Assembly: GCF_000354175.2 (NCBI RefSeq)
Contig: NC_022359.1
Coordinates: 1,410,001 to 1,442,000 of the forward strand
Length of the DNA: 32,000 nt
From: Vibrio alginolyticus NBRC 15630 = ATCC 17749
Lineage (GTDB): Bacteria > Pseudomonadota > Gammaproteobacteria > Enterobacterales > Vibrionaceae
Reading direction: 5' to 3'
The notes beneath the pieces are model-generated. The model was not told the DNA's origin and did no database searches. It worked only from the letters and a program-made list of their open reading frames with translations. The translations under genes were made by a program, and so were the position numbers. Of this stretch, positions 17,015-25,909 are shown in pieces (the stretch's first letter is position 1; each line of letters starts with the position of its first letter).

Positions 17015-17225
17015 TTAGATCACCTGTAGATGACTATGAAAGCTCGTGAATCATCCAAACTCAACGCATATTGAAACATTAACCCAACACTTGACCACAA
17101 AACAATCAAATTAACTTCACTTCAAATATTTGATGAATTTATAGTTCAACATAAGCATTAATATTGACTTTTTATTCTATTTTATCGATATTTCATGCTT
17201 TATTGAATTTGACGTGAAGTAAGTT

Positions 17226-18758
17226 ATGTCTCACACACATGCGCAACCAGCAGACTCGGTTGCTACCCCTAAGTCGTGGCAGATGCCAGATACCCTCATT
17301 TTGATCTTCATTGTTGGTATTCTTGCTGCGATTCTTACCTACTTAATTCCTGCTGGTCATTTTGATAGCCAACAGGTGACCTACATGGTCGACGGTGCAG
17401 AAAAAACTCGCACAGTTATCGATCCTTCTTCTTTCTCTTATGCAACCGACGAAAACGGTGAATTGGTTTACAACAAGGTTGGCCTGTTTGCTTCTGGTGG
17501 TGGCATTGGTCTGATGAACTTCCCTTTCGAAGGGCTAGTTTCTGGCTCTAAATGGGGCAGCGCAATCGGCGTGATTATGTTCATGTTGGTTATCGGCGGT
17601 GCTTTCGGCGTTGTAATGCGCACAGGCACAATCGATAACGGTATCCTGCGCCTTATCGATAAGACCAAAGGTAACGAAGCGCTATTCATTCCAGTGCTAT
17701 TTTTGCTGTTCTCGCTAGGCGGTGCGGTATTTGGTATGGGTGAAGAAGCCGTAGCATTTGCGATTATTATCGCGCCGCTTATGGTTCGCCTTGGTTATGA
17801 TGGTATCACTACGGTAATGGTTACCTATGTTGCGACTCAAATTGGCTTTGCTACTTCTTGGATGAACCCTTTCTCCGTCGCTATTGCGCAAGGCATTGCG
17901 GGTGTACCTGTTTTATCCGGCATGACAGTACGCATGGGGTTATGGGCTGGCTTTACGTTAATCGGTATCGCTTTCACAATGATCTACGCCGCTCGTGTGA
18001 AGTCAAATCCTAAACTTTCTTACAGCCATCGCACAGACCAGTATTTCCGTCAGCAAGAGCTTGGCAATCAAGATTCTCGTTGGAACCTAGGTGACACACT
18101 CGTTATCCTTACGGTTATTGCGACCACGGTGTGGGTCGTTTGGGGCGTAGTCGCTAACGCATGGTACATCCCAGAAATCGCGTCTCAATTTTTCACTATG
18201 GGCTTTGTTGTCGCGATCATCGGTACGATTTTTCGCCTGAACGGTATGACGCTAAACTGCGCAGCTGATGCATTTAAAGAAGGTGCAGCTATTATGCTTG
18301 CACCTGCCCTATTAGTGGGTTGTGCAAAAGGTGTATTGTTGATCCTTGGTGGTGGTACAACTGATGAAGCGAGTGTACTGAATTCAATTCTAAACAGTGC
18401 TGGCGGCGTAATTAGCGGGCTTCCTGACGTGGCTGCGGCATGGTTAATGTATGTATTCCAATCTATCTTCAACTTCTTCGTCACTTCAGGATCCGGACAA
18501 GCGGCACTAACGATGCCTCTACTGGCCCCTCTGGCAGACATTGCAGGAGTTACGCGCCAAGTGGCAGTTTTGTCATTCCAACTTGGCGATGGCTTTACTA
18601 ACGTTATCGTCCCTACTTCGGCATCTCTCATGGCAACGCTTGGTGTCTGCCGTATCGACTGGGGTGACTGGGCAAAATTCTGCTGGCGATTTATTCTATT
18701 ACTCTTTACCCTATCAAGTATCGTCGTTATCGCAGCTCATATTATGGGTTTTGCGTAA
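17226..18758 (+). CDS. YfcC / DcuC-superfamily membrane carrier (putative amino-acid or acyl-amino-acid transporter)
   Basis: 510 aa, polytopic. N-terminal signature MPDTLILIFIVGILAAILTYLIPAGHFD is typical of YfcC-family proteins. Substrate not inferable. Confidence 0.8.
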   Translation: MSHTHAQPADSVATPKSWQMPDTLILIFIVGILAAILTYLIPAGHFDSQQVTYMVDGAEKTRTVIDPSSFSYATDENGELVYNKVGLFASGGGIGLMNFPFEGLVSGSKWGSAIGVIMFMLVIGGAFGVVMRTGTIDNGILRLIDKTKGNEALFIPVLFLLFSLGGAVFGMGEEAVAFAIIIAPLMVRLGYDGITTVMVTYVATQIGFATSWMNPFSVAIAQGIAGVPVLSGMTVRMGLWAGFTLIGIAFTMIYAARVKSNPKLSYSHRTDQYFRQQELGNQDSRWNLGDTLVILTVIATTVWVVWGVVANAWYIPEIASQFFTMGFVVAIIGTIFRLNGMTLNCAADAFKEGAAIMLAPALLVGCAKGVLLILGGGTTDEASVLNSILNSAGGVISGLPDVAAAWLMYVFQSIFNFFVTSGSGQAALTMPLLAPLADIAGVTRQVAVLSFQLGDGFTNVIVPTSASLMATLGVCRIDWGDWAKFCWRFILLLFTLSSIVVIAAHIMGFA

Positions 18759-18778
18759 AACGAAGCCAATTGGTAATT

Positions 18779-18810
18779 AAGGCGAGACATGTTCTCGCCT
18801 TATTAATATT
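18779..18810 (+). terminator. Hairpin terminator/attenuator between the carrier and the AstE/AspA-family gene
   Basis: aaggcgaga-catgt-tctcgcctt: 9-bp stem followed by attaatatt. Confidence 0.55.
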
Positions 18811-18868
18811 CATGGTATGACGACGCTAAGGTTTTAGATTAGCTTATGGTTTTGGAGTGGTAACTTTA

Positions 18869-19864
18869 ATGGCAACACAATTTCTCGATGACGTGATTCA
18901 AGGTCATCAAGTGATTCAATCTCTCAATGTAGCAGACCTAAATTCGGGCGAGCATAAGTTTTGGTTTCGCATCGCAACGAATGCTCTCTCTCAGTGGCAA
19001 CACCTACCTGTGCTAGTGTTCAAAGGTGAAAAACCTGGCAAGAAGATCATGATTACCGCAGGGGTTCATGGTGATGAGTACAATGGTGTGTTAGCAGCGC
19101 AGAAAACTGCTCGAGAGCTCATCGGCACTGAAGTCGCTGGTACTGTCACTATTGTTCCAACCATTAACATGCCAGGTATGCTAAACCACAGCCGCGATTT
19201 CTATTCCGCAGATCCTGATGCGTCTCCTGCAAACTTAAACCGCTTTTTTCCTGGTGACCAAAACGGCAATGAGGCCCAACGTTACTTATATGCATTGTGG
19301 AATGATTTGCTCAAGCCAAATGCTGATTTAGCCATTGACCTTCACACTCAAACCAGTGGTGCGGCCTATCCACTTTACGTGTTTGCAGATTTCCGAATCG
19401 AGCAATCATTAGAAATGGCTCGTCTCATTAATCCTGATGCGATTTTAAATGATCCTGGAGATGCTGGCGTCCTTGAAACGGTTTGGAATAACCATGGTGT
19501 CCCAAGTATTACTGTTGAAGTAGGTATGGGGCGATACACCGAGCAAGAACTTATCAGTCGAACTGTAACAGGCATTTTTAATGTGCTGAAAAAGCATAGC
19601 ATTGTTGAAGGTGATATGGACCCTATTACGTCATGCTTGGAAGGAAACGAAATCGTCAGTGTGAAAGCGACACACGGCGGCTTTGTACTGCCTCATGTCA
19701 GTTTGATGAATTTTGTCGAGCAAGGCCAACTTCTTGCGATTCAATACGACAGCTTTGGCGCTGAGATTAAACGCTACACCGCCCCAACAAACGGCACAGT
19801 ACTTAGCCACAATGTTGAATCTATTCGAGCACCAGGTTCCCTGATCGTTCGTTTGATTAAGTAA
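18869..19864 (+). CDS. Succinylglutamate desuccinylase/aspartoacylase (AstE/AspA, M14-like) family zinc hydrolase
   Basis: Zinc motif ITAGVHGDEYNG (HxxE), NRFFPG, and a later DLHT histidine, the family's standard triad layout. I prefer the ATG at 18869 (MATQFLDD..., 331 aa) to the listed GTG at 18857. Confidence 0.82.
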   Translation: MATQFLDDVIQGHQVIQSLNVADLNSGEHKFWFRIATNALSQWQHLPVLVFKGEKPGKKIMITAGVHGDEYNGVLAAQKTARELIGTEVAGTVTIVPTINMPGMLNHSRDFYSADPDASPANLNRFFPGDQNGNEAQRYLYALWNDLLKPNADLAIDLHTQTSGAAYPLYVFADFRIEQSLEMARLINPDAILNDPGDAGVLETVWNNHGVPSITVEVGMGRYTEQELISRTVTGIFNVLKKHSIVEGDMDPITSCLEGNEIVSVKATHGGFVLPHVSLMNFVEQGQLLAIQYDSFGAEIKRYTAPTNGTVLSHNVESIRAPGSLIVRLIK

Positions 19865-19920
19865 ACCATAACCGTTTGTTGATAGAGCAACCTTTCGACG
19901 CTCACTCAAATTTATATAAG

Positions 19921-19963
19921 CCCCATCACGAGTAATCACAAATGATGGGGCTATGTCCATTTT
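19921..19963 (+). terminator. Possible terminator after the AstE/AspA-family gene
   Basis: ccccatca / tgatgggg: 8-bp stem but a 14-nt loop. The T-run (ccatttt) is displaced. Confidence 0.3.
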
Positions 19964-20071
19964 GACCACATTAAGTTACGCCGTAACAAATTACTGTTAA
20001 GCGAAATGACAAACTGAGCTCTTAATTAGGAAGCTTCCCCTCTGTCCGCTTTTTCAGCCACGCTGATGAAC

Positions 20072-20605
20072 TTAAAGCTGTCTTTGTTTCTCTTGTTCAA
20101 CAAAAATGAGCTCGTCGATAGCGAAACCTTTCTCTTTAGCTACGTACTTAAAGCGCTCCACTACTTTCTCATCAACGTTAGGCGTTCTAGACAATAGCCA
20201 CAAATAGTCGTGGTTGTAACCGGAAACAAACGCATAGTCATAGTTTTCACCTAGCTCAAAAACAATGTAAGAAGAGTATATTGGCCCAAAAAAGGAAACC
20301 TTTAAGTGTCCAACCGTTTTATCTTCAACAAAATAAGCTTTGCCTTCAGCTTCTGACCACTGTCGCTCTTCTTCGGAATATCCACGGTTTATCACCTTAA
20401 CCCCACCATCCTCGCGAACCTGATACTCAGCGGTAACGTTGGATAAGCCTCGCTCAAATGAATGGTCTAGGCGTGCAATTTCGTACCACTTACCTAGATA
20501 TGGCTCTAAATCGAAATTATTGACGGGTTCCACCCCATCCGGCTTCGAAGTACAACCAAATAAAGTTGCAAGTGACAAAAGTAAAAATATTTTTATCGAT
20601 TTCAT
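20072..20605 (-). CDS. blc: Outer-membrane lipoprotein Blc (bacterial lipocalin)
   Basis: 177 aa. Lipobox LATLFG|C. YLGKWYEIARLDHSFERGL, VINRGY, GKAYF, LKVSFFGP, DYLWLLSRTP, collinear with remembered E. coli Blc. Confidence 0.9.
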   Translation of the reverse strand: MKSIKIFLLLSLATLFGCTSKPDGVEPVNNFDLEPYLGKWYEIARLDHSFERGLSNVTAEYQVREDGGVKVINRGYSEEERQWSEAEGKAYFVEDKTVGHLKVSFFGPIYSSYIVFELGENYDYAFVSGYNHDYLWLLSRTPNVDEKVVERFKYVAKEKGFAIDELIFVEQEKQRQL

Positions 20606-20912
20606 ACAACACCTAAATTTTAATTAGTGATTGATTTTACTCTAGAAGATAACAAATCGATCACTAAGCCGCACCATCGCCCTCATAGGTACACATCACA
20701 ATTCTTCATCATCAATAGCGCGCTGAACACCGAAACCTCGTCATCTCAGCAAATCGATAACAAGATTGCTCTATTTTTGACTTACAAGCTGACCATGCTT
20801 GTACATTTTGTCAGCATTTAACCCTATGCATATAGAAACTTTGCACAACATAGACATTCGTAGGCATATCACCCTCCTATAATACGTTGCGTTATAGACA
20901 GAGGTTATTGTT

Positions 20913-21293
20913 ATGAAATTAAAAACAGTGTCAGTTTGTGCACTTTTGGTGTTACTTGCAGGTTGTCAGCAGGAAAAGCCGAGCGCAACGACACAATTAA
21001 CGACCTCGGCAGATGTATGTAATGCACAAGGAAACATGCCAGGTGGGTGGAATGAGTTTAACGCGACCCCTGATGCACAAAAGGCAATGGCCTTTGTTTT
21101 AAAGAAAATGGACACAATAGCGTCGTTTAAACAAATACTGAATGTTCACGCGCAAATCGTTAGCGGCGTCAACTATGCTATTGAGTTTGAATTGGATGAT
21201 GGCTCTGTTTGGAACACGATTGTTTATCGCAACCTCGATGGCGAATATGCGATTACCCAATCGCCAAAAGAAGGCCACTTTTGCGAACAGTAG
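20913..21293 (+). CDS. Small lipoprotein with stefin/cystatin-like fold (putative cysteine-protease inhibitor)
   Basis: 126 aa. Lipobox LLVLLAG|C. The mature part aligns with remembered human stefin A: MPGGWNEF..ATPDAQ vs MIPGGLSEAKPATPEIQ; QIVSGVNYAIEF vs QVVAGTNYYIKV; IVYRNLDGE vs KVFKSLPGQ. SD agagg 7 nt before the ATG, and a perfect TATAAT at 20878-20883. The CDS is solid. The inhibitor function is inferred. Confidence 0.6.
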   Translation: MKLKTVSVCALLVLLAGCQQEKPSATTQLTTSADVCNAQGNMPGGWNEFNATPDAQKAMAFVLKKMDTIASFKQILNVHAQIVSGVNYAIEFELDDGSVWNTIVYRNLDGEYAITQSPKEGHFCEQ

Positions 21294-21303
21294 CGACTTA
21301 GTC

Positions 21304-21330
21304 AGAAAGCCCCAACATTAGGGGCTTTTT
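21304..21330. terminator. Bidirectional terminator between the stefin-like gene and sbcC
   Basis: aaagcccc-aacatta-ggggcttt followed by tt on the plus strand. The complementary hairpin serves sbcC (stop at 21352). Confidence 0.75.
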
Positions 21331-21351
21331 GATCTAACAGTAGTCACTGAA

Positions 21352-24300
21352 TTAGACAGCGAAGCGACATTGAGATTTAATCGACACCGTTGAACCAAGT
21401 CTTGATGGTTCTACATCAATCCTCTGCGCCATTTGTTCTTTCAACTCAGAAACGTGAGAAATAACACCGATCATGCGCCCAGTCTGTTGCAGGTCCACTA
21501 GCGTTTGAATAGCAAGATCTAAAGACTCTGGGTCTAAACTACCGAAGCCCTCATCAATAAATAAAGTGTCTAAACGAATACCGCCACTATAGGATTGCAC
21601 AACATCCGACAAACCAAGTGCCAGAGCAAGCGCTGCCATAAATGATTCACCGCCGGAAAGTGTCGCAACATCACGCGTTTTTCCTGTGTAGCCATCTTCA
21701 ACCATTAAATCTAAGCCGCGACCCGCAGCACCTTTGAAGCCCTCTGTTTTTCGAGCAAGAATATAGCGCCCTTTACTCATAAGGCTTAAACGTTGGGAGG
21801 CCTGAATCAGCACATCATCCAACAGTACACCAAGAACAAAGCGATGTAGGCTAACCCTGCTGCCTGTTTTACCACTAGCAACGTCGTACAACGTACCAAA
21901 GACTTTGTATTCTTCTTCTAACTTACTATTTTTCTCATGCAACACGGCAATATCTTTACGAACCTTTTCAAGACGTTCAAATATTGAGCGTGTGGTATCA
22001 AGTTGATTCCTTACTTCAATATATTGCGCCTGCAGAGTGGTTAACCTGTCATTAAACAACTCTAAATTAGGCCTTTCAAGATCTTTCAATGCATGATTTA
22101 AATCATGTAGTGTTTGCTCAAGCTTGGTTTGTGCCTGTTTGAAGCTGTCTATTTCTTGCTGCCAGGCTTGAAGTTCATCATCTCCCACTCGACTACTTAG
22201 ATAATGGCTTTCATCCTCAAATTTACTCGCCTGTAGTGCCTCATTCCACGCTAATTCTGCTTGGCTAAGTTTTTGCTCTGACTCAGATAACCACTGCTTG
22301 TTCGTCGCTAAGTGACTTTCCGCATTTGATTTCTCCAATATCGCTTGCTGCAAAGCGGTTTGCGCCTTTTCTAAGCCTGTGTTCAAACTCAGAATTTGCT
22401 CTTTTGTCAGCAAAATTTCACGTTCAAGCAAGTCAGCGGAACTGTATTTTGGGTCAATAGAAGCTTGTAATTGAGCCAATTGTTCTTGGTTCGCTTTAAC
22501 GGTTGATTCATTTGCCGCCATTTTATTCTGCAGCTCATGAATTTTATTTTCACCCACGACGCAGCGTTGATTAAGCTGTTCAACGTTCTTTTCTAGCTTT
22601 TCAATATCAATAGCTTGTAGACGTAGGAGTTGAGCATTGATCGCTTGCAAATCATTTTGAACCGTCGAGATCTCAGATGTAGCATACTCACCCAACTCCT
22701 CTTTCAACTGGTTACACTGATTCTGATACTGACTAATGACAACGTTATGTTGTTCTAGCTGATTGCTTAGTTGGTTCAACAAGGTTTGAGCTTCTCGCTC
22801 TTTAGCTCTAGCCGCCTGAACTTGCTCTTTTGTAACGGCTTCTTCAACAAACGTTGCGGGGTTAGGATGCGTTTCGCTACCACACACCGGGCATGCTTCA
22901 CCTGCTTTTAGTCGCTGCGCTAATACTGCCGCTTGAGCGTTGTGCCACTTAAGCTCTATCGTATCAGCGGCTTGTTGACGCTGCATATAGCGCTGACTGG
23001 CTTCGTGTAGTGACTGCTGCTTGCCTACAGTTAGCGCATTGAGTTTAGAGAGCTCTAAAGTAAGATCATGCAGCTTTTGTAGATCCTGTAACAGCCGTTG
23101 TTTTTGTTTTATTTCCGCATCGATGCTGCCAATAAGCGCAACATCAACTCGTGCTTTCTCTAGCTCCTTCTGTCCCTGCTGGGCCTGTAACGTTAACTTA
23201 TCTTTTAGTTCTATGTACTGTTTTAACGTTGCTTCAAATTGTTGTTTTTGTTGATAACCCGCCGTTATTTTACTTTCCAAATTGTCTTTCTCGACCAACT
23301 TGTTTTTCATACTTTCAAGCTGATACTGCAGTTGCGTTAACTGCGGGACCTTTGCCGCTGCCTCTTTTGCACTTTGCTGCAAGTTTTCTTGTTCTCTCGC
23401 AACGACATTAGCTTTTTCGAGACTCTCTTCCAAAGCTACGATTTTTTGCCTAAGCTCTTGCGTTTGAGCTTTTGCATTTTGTAATGAGATGTAGGGCAAC
23501 TCTATCTTATTGGCATTTTTAGCGTTTTCTAATTGCTGTTGACGAGCTTTTATCGAATCTGCGTGTTCTAGATGCAGCTTGAGTGCGCTTTCTGCTTGCT
23601 CTCGTTTCGAAAACTCTCCATTCAAGGTTTCCGCTTTTTGCAATTCAGATTTAGCAGTATTGAGCTTATCTAACGCTGCTTGCTCATTCTTTTTATCAGA
23701 CTCTAATTGCTTAGTTACTTGTTCCAGTTGTTGTAATAGTTCTTGTTCAGAACTCGCTTCTGCAACTTGTAAAGCACCTCGAATTTGATTATCAAATTCG
23801 CCTTTCGCTTTACTAATTGCACTCGCTTTATCTTTGAGCGCGTACTCAATTTTTTTATATATGTCAGTTTGAAAGAGCTGGCCAAAAATTTCTTCACGCT
23901 CTTTAGAGCTAGCAAGCAACAGTTCTCGGAATTTTCCTTGAGGCAACACCATAACTTGACGAAATTGAGTTTCATTCAAGCCAATAATATTGCTAACTTC
24001 AGTTTTAACCTGAGTCGTCTTGCTGGTGATAAGCGTTTCAGTCTCACCGAGTTCATAAAGAGCCGCAGTGTGCTTTTTAATCGTCATCCCTTCACCACGG
24101 GCCTTGGGCGCTTCCTGCTCAGGGGATCGAACAACTCGGTATTGTTTGCCGTGTAACGAAAATTCGAGAACTACTTCGGTTGGTAAGTCTTGCGCGGATA
24201 AGTCACACCGCATCTGAATACCTTGTCGCTCATTACCTGTGGTTTCACCATAAAGGGCGAAGCAAATGGCATCTAAGATCGACGTTTTACCGGAACCTGT

Positions 24301-24408
24301 AGGACCATTAATCAAAAATAGAGGGTTACTGCCAAGCTTCTCAAAATGAATGATTTCAGTTTTTGCAAACGGACCAAAGGCTTGCATGGTTAGTTTAATT
24401 GGTTTCAT
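21352..24408 (-). CDS. sbcC: SbcC, SMC-like ATPase subunit of the SbcCD hairpin/DSB nuclease
   Basis: 1018 aa. N-terminal Walker A FLINGPTGSGKTSILDAICFALYG, very long coiled coil with a central zinc hook CPVCGS. C-terminal signature LSGGESF and Walker B LFIDEGFGSLD. Confidence 0.93.
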   Translation of the reverse strand: MKPIKLTMQAFGPFAKTEIIHFEKLGSNPLFLINGPTGSGKTSILDAICFALYGETTGNERQGIQMRCDLSAQDLPTEVVLEFSLHGKQYRVVRSPEQEAPKARGEGMTIKKHTAALYELGETETLITSKTTQVKTEVSNIIGLNETQFRQVMVLPQGKFRELLLASSKEREEIFGQLFQTDIYKKIEYALKDKASAISKAKGEFDNQIRGALQVAEASSEQELLQQLEQVTKQLESDKKNEQAALDKLNTAKSELQKAETLNGEFSKREQAESALKLHLEHADSIKARQQQLENAKNANKIELPYISLQNAKAQTQELRQKIVALEESLEKANVVAREQENLQQSAKEAAAKVPQLTQLQYQLESMKNKLVEKDNLESKITAGYQQKQQFEATLKQYIELKDKLTLQAQQGQKELEKARVDVALIGSIDAEIKQKQRLLQDLQKLHDLTLELSKLNALTVGKQQSLHEASQRYMQRQQAADTIELKWHNAQAAVLAQRLKAGEACPVCGSETHPNPATFVEEAVTKEQVQAARAKEREAQTLLNQLSNQLEQHNVVISQYQNQCNQLKEELGEYATSEISTVQNDLQAINAQLLRLQAIDIEKLEKNVEQLNQRCVVGENKIHELQNKMAANESTVKANQEQLAQLQASIDPKYSSADLLEREILLTKEQILSLNTGLEKAQTALQQAILEKSNAESHLATNKQWLSESEQKLSQAELAWNEALQASKFEDESHYLSSRVGDDELQAWQQEIDSFKQAQTKLEQTLHDLNHALKDLERPNLELFNDRLTTLQAQYIEVRNQLDTTRSIFERLEKVRKDIAVLHEKNSKLEEEYKVFGTLYDVASGKTGSRVSLHRFVLGVLLDDVLIQASQRLSLMSKGRYILARKTEGFKGAAGRGLDLMVEDGYTGKTRDVATLSGGESFMAALALALGLSDVVQSYSGGIRLDTLFIDEGFGSLDPESLDLAIQTLVDLQQTGRMIGVISHVSELKEQMAQRIDVEPSRLGSTVSIKSQCRFAV

Positions 24409-24417
24409 CTTTGGTCC

Positions 24418-25551
24418 CTATTGCTGTGATAATTGCTTAATAATGTCAGTAACAGCTTGCTCTTGCTCTTTAGACAACTGGCTATCTTGCGCCTCAATAA
24501 AAAAATCTCGGAACATATCAATTTCGCTTCGCGCCAACTTTGCTTGCGCCATTTCCTGCTCTACCCCAATTAACATGCCAGGTTTCTCAAGGTGTAAAAC
24601 GTTTGGATACACTGAACGAAGTTTTTCCATTGGGTTTAAAATCGCATGTTTATCCATCAAACGAACTAACAAATAATCTTCATTCTTGGGGTCTGTTTTC
24701 CCTTGCTCAATAACTTTATCCAGCTCGCCCTCTACAATACGCATTTCATGAGGAGCCGTAAGATCAATATGCTTTGCAGAAACGAATCCTTTCTTGTCCA
24801 GTTCAACTAACGTGAAACCTTTTCTCTGGTTCTGTTCACCAAAGCTATACTTCATGAGAGAGCCAGAGTAACGGATATGCTCTGCGCCTTTCTTTTGAGG
24901 CTGATGCAAATGACCAAGTGCGACGTAGTCAAAATCTAAGAAGTGTTCATGACTCACGCGATCAGAACCACCAATAGATAATGGTCGTTCAGAGTCTGAC
25001 TCGATAGCCCCATCAACAAAACAGTGACTCACGAGCACGCGCTTTTGCTTAGAGATAAAGCGCTCTTTAATTTGCTCAACAAGCAATTGATGAGCCTCAT
25101 CATGAGTGGATACCGAGGCTTTGTAGGCAAACCTGACCTGTTCAGGGTCGTTATAAGGCATACCATAAAACGCGACCTCGTCCGCAGAGTCCGTTTTTAT
25201 GATTATGGGAGTGAGCATATCTTCAAAGTTGCTAACAATATGGAGACCTGCATTTTTCATTTGCTCTGAGCCGAAACCTAGCCTTTCTGCACCATCATGG
25301 TTGCCAGATATAAATATCATTGGTGTTTCTAACTCGGTACAAATGCGTTTCACGACTCGATCTAACAGTTCTATTGCAACCGTTGGTGGCACCGAACGGT
25401 CATAGATATCTCCCGCCACTACAACTGCATCGACGGGGTTGCGTTCAATATAGTTAATCAGTTGTTCGAGTACTGCTTGTTGATCTTCGAGTAGTGATAC
25501 GTTGTGGAATTGTCGACCAAGATGCCAATCTGAGGTGTGGATAAACTTCAT
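24418..25551 (-). CDS. sbcD: SbcD, Mre11-type nuclease subunit
   Basis: 377 aa. Calcineurin-like phosphoesterase motifs HTSDWHLG, AGDIYD, GNHD, GHLH. Its stop lies 9 nt before the sbcC start. Confidence 0.93.
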   Translation of the reverse strand: MKFIHTSDWHLGRQFHNVSLLEDQQAVLEQLINYIERNPVDAVVVAGDIYDRSVPPTVAIELLDRVVKRICTELETPMIFISGNHDGAERLGFGSEQMKNAGLHIVSNFEDMLTPIIIKTDSADEVAFYGMPYNDPEQVRFAYKASVSTHDEAHQLLVEQIKERFISKQKRVLVSHCFVDGAIESDSERPLSIGGSDRVSHEHFLDFDYVALGHLHQPQKKGAEHIRYSGSLMKYSFGEQNQRKGFTLVELDKKGFVSAKHIDLTAPHEMRIVEGELDKVIEQGKTDPKNEDYLLVRLMDKHAILNPMEKLRSVYPNVLHLEKPGMLIGVEQEMAQAKLARSEIDMFRDFFIEAQDSQLSKEQEQAVTDIIKQLSQQ

Positions 25552-25909
25552 TCGAATTCACTTTCCGCCAATTCTATGAGTAGGCTTGCTTCTGTCAGAG
25601 TCCATGTACCGTTTATAAAAAGGAATGCGTCACGGGTGGGATCTCGAACAAGCCAAAACTCAAGTTATTTTATATCGGTAAGGATATCTTGAGTCGAACA
25701 GCTTTTCATGTGGTTTGTGTTCTATGGCTGGCTATTTAATCAGAAAGCGAGAAGAACACTGTAAAAACGCGGTGAGCAAAGCTATTTTGAAAAGCAAGCT
25801 GCGCCTAGTCATTGTCCAAACATCATTAAAGGGCCAGTTTCGAGTCAATCCCCCATAACATTTGCATCACTAAAACCTCAGCTACTAGAAGGAAAAGCAA
25901 TAGCCAGAC

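Noticed and set aside
19631-20821. 112-aa ORF antisense to the AstE/AspA-family gene 3' end, and 62-64-aa ORFs in the blc upstream region
   Set aside because: They overlap well-supported genes or sit in the divergent promoter region. They have no SD, no recognisable motif and skewed composition.
23021-24676. Cluster of antisense ORFs (69-123 aa) inside sbcC and at the sbcC/sbcD junction
   Set aside because: They lie opposite a long coiled-coil coding region rich in Gln, Glu, Leu and Lys, whose complement is naturally poor in stop codons. Their products are low-complexity (Ser/Cys/Phe-rich) and no SD is evident.
21352-25551. SbcC/SbcD-like pair considered as a possible phage-defence ATPase-nuclease system, because it sits next to the T6SS module
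   Set aside because: Sizes (1018 and 377 aa), the zinc hook CPVCGS, the ABC-type Walker/signature motifs and the Mre11 phosphoesterase motifs are exactly those of housekeeping SbcCD. The order sbcD then sbcC with a 9-nt gap is canonical. No extra partner genes are present.
25552-25909. Search for a small immunity gene downstream of the orphan T6SS ORF
   Set aside because: Hand translation from the ATGs I could find gave only short reading frames: 13-14 codons on the minus strand and 38 codons on the plus strand from 25576. None had an SD or hydrophobic/signal features. I did not exhaustively translate every frame, so a micro-ORF cannot be fully excluded.
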